A DNA stretch of 63,640 bases from Octopus bimaculoides (lineage: Eukaryota): assembly GCF_001194135.2 (NCBI RefSeq), contig NC_068981.1:146280917-146344556 (forward strand), given 5' to 3'. This document shows positions 63,421 through 63,640 of this stretch, piece after piece; position 1 is the stretch's first letter; each line of letters opens with the position of its first letter. The position numbers and the translations under genes were made by a program. Under the pieces are notes generated by a model. The model made no database searches, was not told the DNA's origin, and was given only the letters and a program-made list of their open reading frames with translations.

Positions 63421-63640
63421 AGAAAAACACGGAGAAAAAAAATTGAATAGTGTCCAGTCAACGGTAAGAAAAGAATGGTAAAGATACGGCTTGCTAAAAA
63501 TCAAAGCGAAAGCTTCAAGAAACCACCAGTTCTACGATGAATACACACACGAGAAATGTAATGAATATTTTTAAAAATAGGCCTACCTTCAGGATGGAAT
63601 ATGGGGTATGTATTAGCTGCCTTCATATTTCATCCTGAAG

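Overview
AT-rich animal genomic DNA from a gapped short-read scaffold; most N-runs are flanked by microsatellites. The repeat content looks like a coleoid cephalopod, probably Octopus: tRNA-headed SINE families, dense (TA)/(CA)/(TAGA)/(TAA) microsatellites, RLE-type LINEs and mariner/piggyBac/hAT MITEs. That assignment is inferred from recalled repeat consensuses, not from a search. No complete gene is visible, and nearly all listed ORFs are microsatellite, SINE or N-gap artefacts. The best host-gene candidate is a 446-nt open exon at 10171-10616 (TAG acceptor, GTAAGT donor). Recognisable mobile elements are a DD34D mariner pseudogene (24960-25859, minus), four RLE non-LTR fragments (several embedded in (TAA)n), TIR MITEs and dozens of SINE copies. 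The most notable unannotated signal is about 11 minimal type-I hammerhead-ribozyme-like motifs of the Penelope-associated kind, most with a palindromic helix III and several next to (TA)n tracts. They include a canonical-core copy (27371-27420), two copies sharing a CUGUUGA (A6U) core, two sharing a CCGACG (U4C) core, one with a branched helix II (9023-9134), and two inverted pairs inside DNA palindromes (12181-12277, 42731-43180). All folds were done by eye and none has been tested.
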